From contig OZ240211.1 of the NCBI GenBank assembly GCA_965197525.1, positions 1,664,001-1,728,000 of the forward strand: a DNA stretch of 64,000 nt, in the 5' to 3' direction. A program made the translations under genes and the position numbers. Below the pieces are notes generated by a model. It saw only the letters and a list, made by a program, of their open reading frames with translations. It was not told the DNA's origin and made no database searches. Every line of letters begins with the position of its first letter. Positions within the stretch are counted from its first letter, which is position 1. The DNA is from Nitrosopumilus sp. (GTDB lineage Archaea; Thermoproteota; Nitrososphaeria; Nitrososphaerales; Nitrosopumilaceae). Below, in pieces: positions 52,941 through 63,293 of the stretch.

Positions 52941-53696
52941 ATGTCTGCCCCAAACCGTAACCAGATCAAAATAGGGGCTAGAGTCTCAATTGAAACAAAA
53001 AAGAATCAGGGTACCGGTAAATTGACTGAAGGCACAGTAAAGACAATTCTAACTTCCTCTCAGATTCATCCTCATGGAATAAAGGTCAGCTTAGAAGGTG
53101 GTCAAATAGGTCGAGTAAAGCAGCTAGAGGATCAAAATCAGACTAGGGAAACTAACAAACCAATAGATTTGGACAAAATAGAGATACCAAAAACAGAAGA
53201 TGCAAGTAATGAGTTCAAAGAGTTCTACCAATATGACAAAAAAATACCGAATACAGATGACAAACAGGCAATAGGGGGAATAAAGCGTTCAGTACAGGAA
53301 CGATTTGCCACAGCAGTATGTTCCTTTGGTAATTCGTATGAGGGAGGATTTGTGTATCTGGGCATAAACTCTGATGGAGTTATAGTCGGATTGGAACAAG
53401 ATATGAAACTTGGAAAATTCTCAGATTATAGTGATTCATTTGCAAATCACATAGTAGACAAATTAGAGGATTTGTTAAAAGACAAGGTGTTTGTAACTAG
53501 TAAAATAAGGATAAAGTTTCGTCAGATTGAGAATAAAACAATATGTATAGTACATGTCTTGCCTGCAGATCGACCAATATATCTGCACACAAAATCAAAG
53601 ACGTTTTTTGTCAGAGGACCAGCACCCAAGGCAGTCAAATTTGACATGGATCAACAGTTCAAATATATCAAAGAACGATTTCCAAGATATGGTTGA
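52941..53696 (+). CDS. YwbE (DUF2196) fused to a Schlafen/AlbA_2 domain
   Basis: N-terminal TGKLTEG.VK.ILT....HPHGIKV..GQIGRV; C-terminal NEFKE...SFGNS..GG.VYLGI. Confidence 0.82.
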   Translation: MSAPNRNQIKIGARVSIETKKNQGTGKLTEGTVKTILTSSQIHPHGIKVSLEGGQIGRVKQLEDQNQTRETNKPIDLDKIEIPKTEDASNEFKEFYQYDKKIPNTDDKQAIGGIKRSVQERFATAVCSFGNSYEGGFVYLGINSDGVIVGLEQDMKLGKFSDYSDSFANHIVDKLEDLLKDKVFVTSKIRIKFRQIENKTICIVHVLPADRPIYLHTKSKTFFVRGPAPKAVKFDMDQQFKYIKERFPRYG

Positions 53697-53705
53697 GGTA
53701 TACTA

Positions 53706-54662
53706 TTGACCAAGCTTTATCACAGTCCCATGTTTGATGAAATACGAGATTATTTTGAAAAAAGCAATCCAGATAATACAATTTACATTTTTGTACCATA
53801 CATCAAAACAACAGTATTAGAGAAGCTACTAGATGGTCTTCCCAATCCCAAAGTCATTGTCACAACTTGGAAGCCTAGAGATATTTTATTTGGTTCTTCT
53901 GAACTTGAACTGTATCCATATTGTCGTGATCAAAAAATCACATTGTATCTAAGCCCAAACATACACCTCAAGGTATACTCTGTGGAGTTGGAAGATGCCA
54001 TAATTGCAACCGGAAATGTGTCTAATCGAGGCCTTTTACCTAATGGAAACTATGAGGTTGGTGCAAACATTGAATCCCTCGATAATGATGATAGGTTGGT
54101 CTTTGGGAAGATACTCCATGAGGCAAGACTGGTAGATGATGTAATGTATGACAAGCTCACAGAATGGTATGAGAACAACAAGGTAGAGGCAGACAAGTAT
54201 CCTAGTCTGGAAGATATTGTGCCTCTGCCAGAAAAAGATGATTTTTCAGTGGCTGCATTGCCTATGACTCGTTCTGTAGATGAACTGGTATCGGGATACT
54301 TGAGGATTGTTGCAGGCAAGCGCCCATCTGAGGATTCTGAGATTGTCGCATGCGTGTTTCATGATATCGCAAATTATGATATATCTAAGGGACTATCAGA
54401 ATCTGAATTTATTGCAGAACTGACTCGAAGCTTTTTTGCACATCCGTTTATTCAAAGAATTGATGAATTTATTGCGCCAGAGGCATACTTTGGGAGAATA
54501 AAGGAATGGATTCAAGACAATTGCACTGATGTGCCTGTTCCAAGCAGACGAGAATTGACTGGAAACGTCCAAGTTTTATTGGAATGGTTTGAAAGGCTAG
54601 GAGATGGCAAATACAAGATAGATGTTCCAGGCAGACATTCACAAAGAATTAAAAAACTATAA
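53706..54662 (+). CDS. PLD-like nuclease-domain protein
   Basis: FVPYIK, IHLKVY and TGNVSNRGL..N.E (variant HKD). Confidence 0.75.
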   Translation: MTKLYHSPMFDEIRDYFEKSNPDNTIYIFVPYIKTTVLEKLLDGLPNPKVIVTTWKPRDILFGSSELELYPYCRDQKITLYLSPNIHLKVYSVELEDAIIATGNVSNRGLLPNGNYEVGANIESLDNDDRLVFGKILHEARLVDDVMYDKLTEWYENNKVEADKYPSLEDIVPLPEKDDFSVAALPMTRSVDELVSGYLRIVAGKRPSEDSEIVACVFHDIANYDISKGLSESEFIAELTRSFFAHPFIQRIDEFIAPEAYFGRIKEWIQDNCTDVPVPSRRELTGNVQVLLEWFERLGDGKYKIDVPGRHSQRIKKL

Positions 54663-54679
54663 TCAAAACTCACTCAATA

Positions 54680-56299
54680 TCAAGTGTTCAGGTTTTTGTA
54701 TCTCCAAAGATCAGCGAAATATTCATCTGCAAGTTCTATTGACGGAAGTATGTCTAATATTCTGATCAACCTGAACTGTTCAGTACCGCCCATGCGCGGA
54801 CCGCGCATTCCGCGACCAATCATCTGCTGATGAAGCACTATGGATCTAGTGGGTCTAGCTATGAATACCACATCTATGTTGGGGGCATCAAAGCCAACTG
54901 AAAAAACATTAACATTGCATATGCATTTAATCACACCCTCTTTGAATTTTGATATGACATCACGTCTATACGCCATGGGTGTGTTCCCATCCACATGTGC
55001 CGCATTACCGCCCAACGCCAAAATTATGGCGCACATCAGCTTTGATTGTTTTAGATTGGGCGCAAAATATAATATTTGTTTGTTTTCAACTATCAACTCT
55101 TTCAATCGTTTGGCAATTGCGATATTTCTTATATTGTCCGCAGCTATCTCATCTAACAATGCCGGTGGAAGATCGTGATCATCGGCAAATCTTCTTCGTT
55201 GTTCCTGTGTAAGGATGAACTCTCTATTGGATTCAATCGTTTCAGGATCACAGTATGCAAGATACCCTTTTGATTGCAGATAGGATATGTTATCCATATC
55301 TCCAGAGTCTATCTCTATTATCTTATCGTTGAAATATTCACGTAATTTTGTGTTCTCTGGACTGTTCATTCCTCTTAGAGGTGTGGCAGTAAGGCCAACT
55401 ATTCTAGTGCCGTTTTCTTCAAGGCGCCGTATTACATTTTTGTGTGTACGTGCGATCACATTATGTGCCTCATCAGCCACCACAAGCTCAGGTTTGGGAA
55501 AATTACTGGAATCCAGCAAGTTATTCAATTTTTGATATGTGGCAACGATGAACGCATTAGGCTCGAAATTATTTGGATCATTCTTACCCCATACACGATA
55601 TACATGTAAATCGTCTTTGCCCAAATGTGACCAGATCTCTTGCATGGAAGTTATTGCCTGTTCGCATAACTCCTCACGGTCAGCAAGCCATACTACCTGT
55701 CTTTTTTCTCCTGCCTCTATGCCGTTGTTTAGAAAATTACTTACCATCTCCAAGGCAGTGCGTGTTTTGCCGGCACCGGTTGGCATTTTTATGATAAAAT
55801 GTACCCATGGATTCTCCACCAACCGCATTCCCTCGTAGAATACTTTACTTTGATACTCTTTTAACATTCGAAGTGGCTTGTTGGTAGGTATTGTGAATTC
55901 AGAAGTGCGATCCTGTTCTGGACTTGGAATTAGATTTTTGTCATACTCAAATTCTTCTATGAATGCTTGTGTTTCATTATTGCAACCCCATGCTAGTTTA
56001 GAAGCTTTCTCAATTGATTTTTCATATGCTTGATCATCTTGAGATGAAATAGGTATTCCGGTTCTCTGGAAAAATCTAAGACATTTCTTTTTATCCGCAT
56101 ATTTGAGAAGTTTTGCCCGAAATTCCGGTTTTTTGTAAGATGATATGTTTAGTGCATGATGAAGTTTGCCCAGCATATTTTTTGTCCCAATATCAAAATC
56201 TTCATTAGGGTTTATTTCCTTGAGAATAAAATTAAGCGTGTCCCAGTATTCTTTTAAAGAAAACTCTAATTCACTACGTGGTAATCTGTCATTTAACAC
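54680..56299 (-). CDS. SF2 DEAD/DEAH (ResIII-like) helicase
   Basis: MPTGAGKT, DEAH, GLTATP, GFDAP and QQMIGRG motifs. Confidence 0.93.
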   Translation of the reverse strand: MLNDRLPRSELEFSLKEYWDTLNFILKEINPNEDFDIGTKNMLGKLHHALNISSYKKPEFRAKLLKYADKKKCLRFFQRTGIPISSQDDQAYEKSIEKASKLAWGCNNETQAFIEEFEYDKNLIPSPEQDRTSEFTIPTNKPLRMLKEYQSKVFYEGMRLVENPWVHFIIKMPTGAGKTRTALEMVSNFLNNGIEAGEKRQVVWLADREELCEQAITSMQEIWSHLGKDDLHVYRVWGKNDPNNFEPNAFIVATYQKLNNLLDSSNFPKPELVVADEAHNVIARTHKNVIRRLEENGTRIVGLTATPLRGMNSPENTKLREYFNDKIIEIDSGDMDNISYLQSKGYLAYCDPETIESNREFILTQEQRRRFADDHDLPPALLDEIAADNIRNIAIAKRLKELIVENKQILYFAPNLKQSKLMCAIILALGGNAAHVDGNTPMAYRRDVISKFKEGVIKCICNVNVFSVGFDAPNIDVVFIARPTRSIVLHQQMIGRGMRGPRMGGTEQFRLIRILDILPSIELADEYFADLWRYKNLNT

Positions 56300-56309
56300 C
56301 CAAGTCCAC

Positions 56310-58088
56310 CTAATTCTTGTATGCTTTTCTTAGATGGTAACTCCATTTTACAAGATGTTCTTCCACAGTATTTCCTACGGATTGTGTACGGGTTAGATCA
56401 TCAAGATCATATTGGCCCTCAGCGTAGGCGTAGATGAGTCTGTCTATATCGGCCTTTAATTCTTTAGCGAGTTTTAACAGATCAGAATTTTGAGGATCAG
56501 CAGACAGGGCTTCTATTTCCTGGATTCTGCGATAAATCTCCACAAAAAATGGATGGCTCATATTATAATGGACTACTTTTTTGCCTACGTTGTCTAGCAC
56601 ATCTATGAATGGGCCGTCCGAGCGAGCCTTGTGATCGTGTATGATCTTATACGGCTTATCCGGATCCATTATCTCTGATACATATTTTTCTTGTTCTTCA
56701 GGATTATCAAAGAGTGTTTCTGCGTGTTGTTCTATATTGTCCTTGGCCTCTTCCGGAGATATCGTTGGCTGTAGCGGTGGACAAATTTCTGCAAGTTCTT
56801 TCTCGGTGCTGGTATGGCTTTGCAATGGTCCTGTTTCTGCTTCAGATTTCTTTTGATCCTCATCGGCCCAAACTTCTTCAAGCGCCTTTCTAAAATTGTT
56901 GATTATAGACGGTTGAAGTTTCTGTTGTAATATGTCTCTGAGTTCTTTAAGAGGTCTGGCGCCGATTTTTATATTCTTTACAGAGAACCAGTGATCTAAG
57001 ACCGGATCAAAATCTATCTCACATCCCCAAAACCTATCCGCTGGTTTTGTCGTCGGTGAAAATCTAGACATTGGACCATAATAGACCTCGCGGCCGTTTC
57101 TCAATATCGAAAACCCTTCATTTTCAAACACTCTTCTATCGTTATTAAATTTGCTACTTCCTCCATACCCCTTCAAATGTGCATTTTTTTCTCCTTTTCT
57201 CCAAGATTTAGGGAGCATGGATGTTCTGATTATGATCTTGCCTTTTTTCTCACCACTGCTAGGTGAATCTACAACATGTACCGGATGATCAAACACATGT
57301 TCAGGTTGGAGCGCTGCGCGGTCATCATCTGGAAATTTGGGATTTTTTGTAGCATAAAGTGGATCATGTGCGGTAACTGATACATTATTTGAACCATTAT
57401 CTATGAATATTTTCCGTAAATTGTTGTTTTTTATGGGCTTACCGTCTTTGATTATTTCTTCGCCTATGAATTTACGATAGATTCTGCCTAGACGATGTTT
57501 AAGCACATCTAGTTCAAATTCAGAATCAATTCGTTCAATCTTACTCCAAATTACTAGAGTACCATAGTCTCCCACCAGATCTTTGTATTCTGATGGAAGA
57601 TCTTTTTGCTCTACGGGATGCAGAAATGGATCTGCATCATTATCGATTCCACTGTTATCCAAAAATGTATATCTCCAATTCCCTTGTTTTTCTCTAGAAT
57701 ACACTTCAATTTTATCACATACATTGATTGCACCCATAGTCATTCGTGGATAGATTGATTGCACCCATAGTCATTAAACCACTCCAAACCTGCCTATTCC
57801 TTTACGATCATCGTATCTATTCGAATAGCCGATAGCTAGGCAATGTTGCAATGTATCAGAATCCATCCCGTGTCCGTCATCACCGACTGCTATACAAACC
57901 GGACGGGGCTTATGTTTGCCCTGCGGTGTACTCATCTTGAATTTGAGTCTAATCTCTTTTGCGTAAGCTTGAATCGAGTTATCAACTACTTCGTAGATTG
58001 CCGAATATGCATTAAAGTCGTTATTGCGAAGAGATTTTAGGGCGGCCCCAATACGTATGGGAGATATTTTTTCAGTACTCATTATCAT
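56310..58088 (-). pseudogene. GHKL (HATPase_c_3/MORC-like) ATPase, broken at about 57723-57775
   Basis: EVVDNS, DDGHGM and GRFGV boxes in 57774-58088 continue into MTMGAI...GTLV.W; a 22-bp direct repeat with a 9-bp insert shifts the frame. Confidence 0.85.
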
Positions 58089-58112
58089 ACCCTCTGCATA
58101 CCCTTTTTTATA

Positions 58113-58952
58113 TTATAGGTGGCAGACAGTACAAGGTGTGGACTCGTCCTCCTCATCCAAGGCGTCTGCAAGCACATCAACTAGCGGCAGGTTCTTTCGT
58201 TTTGATTTGACTCTTTTGAGGTTCTCTGCCTGTCTGGCCATTATATCATCACGTCTTTCCAACAACTCGGTTAATGTCTCGCCTTCAGACCATGTATATT
58301 GCCGTCCCTTCATTCCACTTGATTTAAAATTCGCATCCCCTGCAACTCCTGCATCCTTGAGTATCTTTTGCTCGATTGCGACTGCACGCTTGAACAAATC
58401 AGGATGGTTGTCTGCAAGACCAACCCATTCAGATTTACGCTGAAAGAAGCAGAAATAACATCCGGAACGTGTCCGCCACTTGTAATAATCTGGCAGGTTG
58501 ATTCCTGCATCTTCTAGAATTTTTACTACACCCGCATGATCAATATCTGCATCAATGAATGGAAATACTGTCTTGATGTTGGGCTTGGTCGATATATATC
58601 CTGTCCTGTTTTTCTCATCTGCACGTATTGCCACATATGATATCACGTCATCATCACCTATCCAATCTTCTAGTGGTTTTATCTTCAACATGCTAGTACA
58701 CCACCTCATCTGTGGGGATGGCAAGGTGCCACGATATACTTCAAAATAGTGATCAAAACTTCGTGTAGAATTTAGTTTTTCAATTTTTTTGCCCAATACC
58801 ACCTCAAGCTTTGCAAGATATGCATATGTCTCTGGAAGTTCTGCACCAGTGTCACAAAAGAAATATTCCATGTCGGTAACTTTGTCTCTCATGTATACGG
58901 CAAGAGCACTAGAGTCTTTGCCACCAGAAATACCACAAACATGCCTTGGCAT
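58113..58952 (-). CDS. PAPS-reductase-family protein (SspD-like)
   Basis: RHVCGISGGKDS, RWCT..LK..P and RSGCYFCFFQ motifs. Confidence 0.85.
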   Translation of the reverse strand: MPRHVCGISGGKDSSALAVYMRDKVTDMEYFFCDTGAELPETYAYLAKLEVVLGKKIEKLNSTRSFDHYFEVYRGTLPSPQMRWCTSMLKIKPLEDWIGDDDVISYVAIRADEKNRTGYISTKPNIKTVFPFIDADIDHAGVVKILEDAGINLPDYYKWRTRSGCYFCFFQRKSEWVGLADNHPDLFKRAVAIEQKILKDAGVAGDANFKSSGMKGRQYTWSEGETLTELLERRDDIMARQAENLKRVKSKRKNLPLVDVLADALDEEDESTPCTVCHL

Positions 58953-59010
58953 GATACTAGAAATTTATTACATCATATAACTATTTAATATCAGACAATA
59001 ACTTGGAAGT

Positions 59011-59178
59011 TTATTTTATCTTGGCAGCTAGCGTGTCAAATTCCTTTTTTGAAACAGTGAGGCAGAACAATACCTTATCTGGCTTTTTGGCATTCTTTAC
59101 CATTGGATAGAATTTGATTACATATTTGCCGTCTTTTTTCGTGATATCGTATGGTCTATCGCCAATCTTGTCTCTCAT
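59011..59178 (-). CDS. 55-aa hypothetical protein, missing from the ORF track
   Basis: Manual translation MRDKIGDRPYDITKKDGKYVIKFYPMVKNAKKPDKVLFCLTVSKKEFDTLAAKIK. Confidence 0.5.
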   Translation of the reverse strand: MRDKIGDRPYDITKKDGKYVIKFYPMVKNAKKPDKVLFCLTVSKKEFDTLAAKIK

Positions 59179-59381
59179 GCGGTTTTTCAATATCCTGTGA
59201 TTTTATAGGTTTATCGGTAGTTTTTTCCCAAAATTCATTTGAAACTTAGATATTGTGCTTGGTAAATTGGGAATTCTACCAAAACATATTATACTTCTTT
59301 AGTGTAGTATATGTGCCTATATTCGAATCCTCTAGCCTAACATAGTTAGGGACCTAGGGGCTCATGTGAATATAGGAGCTT

Positions 59382-59954
59382 TTATTTAAAAAAAGTCCGT
59401 AGTTCTTTTTCAAGATATTGTGTGATATCCATCGCAACCACGCCATCTGGTTCGAAACCTTTGTTATTTGACCAAGCAACCAAGTCAGATAACATGTGTG
59501 CATTTCCTTCTTTGGTATAACGCAAACCATTGTCTTTTGCAAAATTTTTACAGTCATAATCACATTGAAAATTGATCTCAGATAATGAAGTATTGTGTTT
59601 GTGTGTAAATTCTGTTATTTGATCTCTTATTCGATGCAATATTAAATAATTATATGCATGAAAAAGTTTTCCTATTGAAATCGAGTAATGCTTCTTCCTT
59701 AAATTATTTTTGAGCTTATCAATTATTGTCTTCTTGTCAATTCTAATACAAAATGCAATAGACTCATTATTATTAAATTTTAATTTTGAAACAAGCGTCT
59801 TACGATTATATTTGTATGTATTTTGAAGAACTTGTTCATATTCCAAATGTTTAATTATAGAATTAATATTCTCGCTTGTGCCAATAACGATTCCTAGATA
59901 TTTGTAATTTCCAATTTGAGTATTTCCAGAAACATCCATTCCTCCAATAATCAT
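59382..59954 (-). CDS. Hypothetical protein, possibly RNase H-fold/DUF3800-like
   Basis: GMDVSG N-terminal motif and C-terminal SDLVAW. Confidence 0.55.
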   Translation of the reverse strand: MIIGGMDVSGNTQIGNYKYLGIVIGTSENINSIIKHLEYEQVLQNTYKYNRKTLVSKLKFNNNESIAFCIRIDKKTIIDKLKNNLRKKHYSISIGKLFHAYNYLILHRIRDQITEFTHKHNTSLSEINFQCDYDCKNFAKDNGLRYTKEGNAHMLSDLVAWSNNKGFEPDGVVAMDITQYLEKELRTFFK

Positions 59955-59966
59955 AGTTTACTCCGT

Positions 59967-62900
59967 TTATTTTTCACTTAATATTGCCACAAGTGCATCG
60001 ACATCTTTATCTGTGAATCCGTTTTTCTTCATGTCTACAAGTATTTTGTTTACTATTTTTTCCATCTTCTTTTTTTGTTCTGGCTTCAAAGATACTATGT
60101 TATTATGTTCTCTACCATCAGCATGAGTGACGGTAATCTGATACGATGGTTTTACAAAATTGTCAGACACATCTGAAAAATTCATCGATGCAAGTCTTTT
60201 GAATCTTCTAGATACCTCAGCTAGATTATTCTCAAACAGTTCACACTGATCATCTTTCCAAGATTCTGGAGGAACATCTGTAAGGCTCAAAGCAATGTAG
60301 CTTATCCAATCTTCTTCCCTATCTATGGTATCTGAAGACACTACAGTCAAAAACACCTTCATTTTATGATCAGTTACATTTTTCAGCATGACTGAAGCGG
60401 CCTGTGAAACCTTTTTTCTGTCGTCTATTCCCGTGTAATCAAACAGCATTTTTTTAATATCCTGAAGCATTTTAGAATAGGCGTTTTGAAGATTAGTTTT
60501 TGATTTTGTTAGTGTTTTTGAAAACTTTGTGATCTCTGATTTTGATTTATCTGAGTTAAAAGAATCAAATCCCAAGGCCTTTGGAAGTGATTCAAACAGT
60601 AACGTGTCTGGCTCTCTTGCCTCAAGTATGGTATTTCTTACGGCAATAGTGTTTTTGTCTAGATTTTTGGTCTGTCTTGCATATGGTACAAGAACAGAGG
60701 TAATTCGCACCAGATGAGATACAACATCTAGTACACTGCCTTCTGAATTTATATCAAAATCTTTGATTACTGTACTTAGTAGTTGTTTTTTTGATGCAGT
60801 GCTTGTAAAATATTTCAACTCAAAATGGCTTGGATTTTTTATCATTCGCTCTACGATCTCTATTCCAAGTTTTGGTGAATACGTTCCATGCTCGTACAAT
60901 GCGATGTTGTTTTTGTAAATCAGTAAGATCGTAGTGATGATGATATCAATTGTACCTGTTTTCATGCCATATGGCGGCATCTTGCACAGTTGGTGTATCG
61001 AATGCAATGATACACGTTTTTTGGATTTTTTCAACATCTTCAATATTTTATCCCATACAGGATACAGAGTATTATCTGATGAGGGTGACTTTAGTTTCCA
61101 ATCAAGATTAGAATCAGCAACATGAATATTGTTTTTTACAAAAATTGCTTCATATACTGCACGATCAGGCCCGTAACCATCTATTCCAAAGCGTGCTTTA
61201 TTGGTATCAATTATCATGTTCTCTAGTAATTGTCGTTTTGCAGCAGTGCCCTGTGATGAAAGAATTGTACGGTTTATCATCTCATTGTGTATCTTGGGCG
61301 TATCTGGATATGCATCATCACTTACGGTGGATGCTATTGCACTTGGCGTTCCATTTAACATTTTGTTGTCATATGACCACCTTGCAGTACTGCCGTGCGT
61401 ATTGCCAAATTCTCTGTCCAGAATTATTTCTGCATCAGATAATCTCTCCTCTAGTTCTTTGTGTGATACCCAGTCTGATATTACATCCTGGTCATTTTCC
61501 AAAATGTCTCGAATTGCCATAACGTTAATTGCTTCACGGAGTAGTATTGACGTATCTTCTGGTTTTACTGTAATCAGAGGCTTGTTGCATATTACATTTG
61601 TCGAACTGCCTGTATCATACAGAATCGCACCATCATAGCTGTCATCTAGTATGATCTCAGAAGATGTTGCAAATCGTCTCTCAAAAAGTCTCATGGTACC
61701 ATACTTTATGTTGTGTTTTGCAGCCACCACAGGTTCTAGTTCAATGACATTTTGGAGCATTTGGGTCAACGAGGATTTCGAATATCGTTTCTTGTACATG
61801 TCAAGCTTTGCAGCTATGTCGATATCGGTACCATGCCATATGCGGTACTCGTCTGCATATTTTCTGTATGTAATGATGGATTTGTTTTGTAGTTTCTTTA
61901 GAATTTGTTTTGATTTTGCACCGATTACATAATCTATGATTTGTTGAGATGCTCTAAGGTATCCCGATCTTGCAATCAAATTAAGAATTCCAATTGTCTT
62001 CAATGTCTTAATTTCGATTTTGTCTAATCCATACGAGTCACGAATTATGGTCTCAATCTCCATGAGACGAGTTATGTTTGCAGAGCTAGAATTAATCATG
62101 CTTGTACCTGATATGAAGTAATCATACAGAGTATCCAATCCAATTGTGGGAGGTTTGTCATCTTGCCAGTAATTTTCATCGATAAATGTTGCAACCGTGT
62201 TCTTGCCACCGTCTGAGATAAAGGACAACAAAGTTCGCTCATGTTGTCCGTATCTTGAACACAGCTCAGGTAGGACTTCAAGCGCTAATGGCTCTAGAGG
62301 ATAACACGATGCAATCAGATCTGGATCGAATCCTCCTTCTATGCCAAGGTTCTGCAATAATTTTGCCTTGCTTTTGGCCCAATTTCTCACTATTCGGCGA
62401 CGGCTATTATTAGGGGTTAGCTTGATGGTGTTCGAGATTAATTGTCTTGTCTGATTTGGTGAATTTGCAAATGGGATGTCTTCGAATCTGCCCTGAATCT
62501 TTGCCCATTCTTGCTTTCTTGCATGGGATGCGCCTACGGCATATTCCTCAAACGCCATGTGCTGCAGCGTTATAATTGATAGAGGAATTTTTCTTCCCGG
62601 CCCGGACATTTCTGCTAGCTCTTGCAGCAAGAACAGATCGCTTTCCTGTGTTTCATCTGTGGTAAAATATTCTATATTTTTGCCAAATTCATCAAGGATT
62701 ATAACTACAGGAGCAATCTTGCACATATCTACAATAATTTCAGTTATTTCCGAAACAGAAGGCACTGTTTTCTTTAGATTTCTAATGTGTTTTTTTAGAT
62801 GTCGTGCCGTCGAAAAGTGCTTTGTTGTGTATTTGTCAAAATACTTTGTTGCACCATCATCTAATGCCTTTAATATGGTTGCCGTAATTGGTTCGCGTCT

Positions 62901-63293
62901 TGCAGTTATTGCACATACAAGCATTCCCTTCTGGTGAATGTTTGCTTTTTCTCGTGCATCTAAAAGTATGGTAGTAACATTAAATGACTCGCGTTTAAGA
63001 ACATTATGCGCCGTCTTCCATTCCGATTTATGTCGTGCTACAAGAAGGCCTTTGAGAAATGTTGCCATGGTTGACTTGCCTGAACCATACGGTCCTGTAA
63101 TTGAGAGCATTCGTCCATCCTTTGCACCTGAAAGTCCAGCTGAAAAACGCTCAACTATCTCCAGAGTACTTGCACTAGGAAGATAGTTCTTTAATGCGGT
63201 GATATCATCATGTTCAATATTTGTAGAATTGTATTCCTTTGGAGGGATTGTAACTAGTTTTGAGAGTGGCTTGCGTTTTTGAACTGTTTTCAT
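59967..63293 (-). CDS. Large P-loop ATPase (SspC/BrxC-like)
   Basis: ITGPYGSGKS Walker A and ILDEFGK Walker B; 1108 aa; coupled to the DUF4007 gene. Confidence 0.8.
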   Translation of the reverse strand: MKTVQKRKPLSKLVTIPPKEYNSTNIEHDDITALKNYLPSASTLEIVERFSAGLSGAKDGRMLSITGPYGSGKSTMATFLKGLLVARHKSEWKTAHNVLKRESFNVTTILLDAREKANIHQKGMLVCAITARREPITATILKALDDGATKYFDKYTTKHFSTARHLKKHIRNLKKTVPSVSEITEIIVDMCKIAPVVIILDEFGKNIEYFTTDETQESDLFLLQELAEMSGPGRKIPLSIITLQHMAFEEYAVGASHARKQEWAKIQGRFEDIPFANSPNQTRQLISNTIKLTPNNSRRRIVRNWAKSKAKLLQNLGIEGGFDPDLIASCYPLEPLALEVLPELCSRYGQHERTLLSFISDGGKNTVATFIDENYWQDDKPPTIGLDTLYDYFISGTSMINSSSANITRLMEIETIIRDSYGLDKIEIKTLKTIGILNLIARSGYLRASQQIIDYVIGAKSKQILKKLQNKSIITYRKYADEYRIWHGTDIDIAAKLDMYKKRYSKSSLTQMLQNVIELEPVVAAKHNIKYGTMRLFERRFATSSEIILDDSYDGAILYDTGSSTNVICNKPLITVKPEDTSILLREAINVMAIRDILENDQDVISDWVSHKELEERLSDAEIILDREFGNTHGSTARWSYDNKMLNGTPSAIASTVSDDAYPDTPKIHNEMINRTILSSQGTAAKRQLLENMIIDTNKARFGIDGYGPDRAVYEAIFVKNNIHVADSNLDWKLKSPSSDNTLYPVWDKILKMLKKSKKRVSLHSIHQLCKMPPYGMKTGTIDIIITTILLIYKNNIALYEHGTYSPKLGIEIVERMIKNPSHFELKYFTSTASKKQLLSTVIKDFDINSEGSVLDVVSHLVRITSVLVPYARQTKNLDKNTIAVRNTILEAREPDTLLFESLPKALGFDSFNSDKSKSEITKFSKTLTKSKTNLQNAYSKMLQDIKKMLFDYTGIDDRKKVSQAASVMLKNVTDHKMKVFLTVVSSDTIDREEDWISYIALSLTDVPPESWKDDQCELFENNLAEVSRRFKRLASMNFSDVSDNFVKPSYQITVTHADGREHNNIVSLKPEQKKKMEKIVNKILVDMKKNGFTDKDVDALVAILSEK

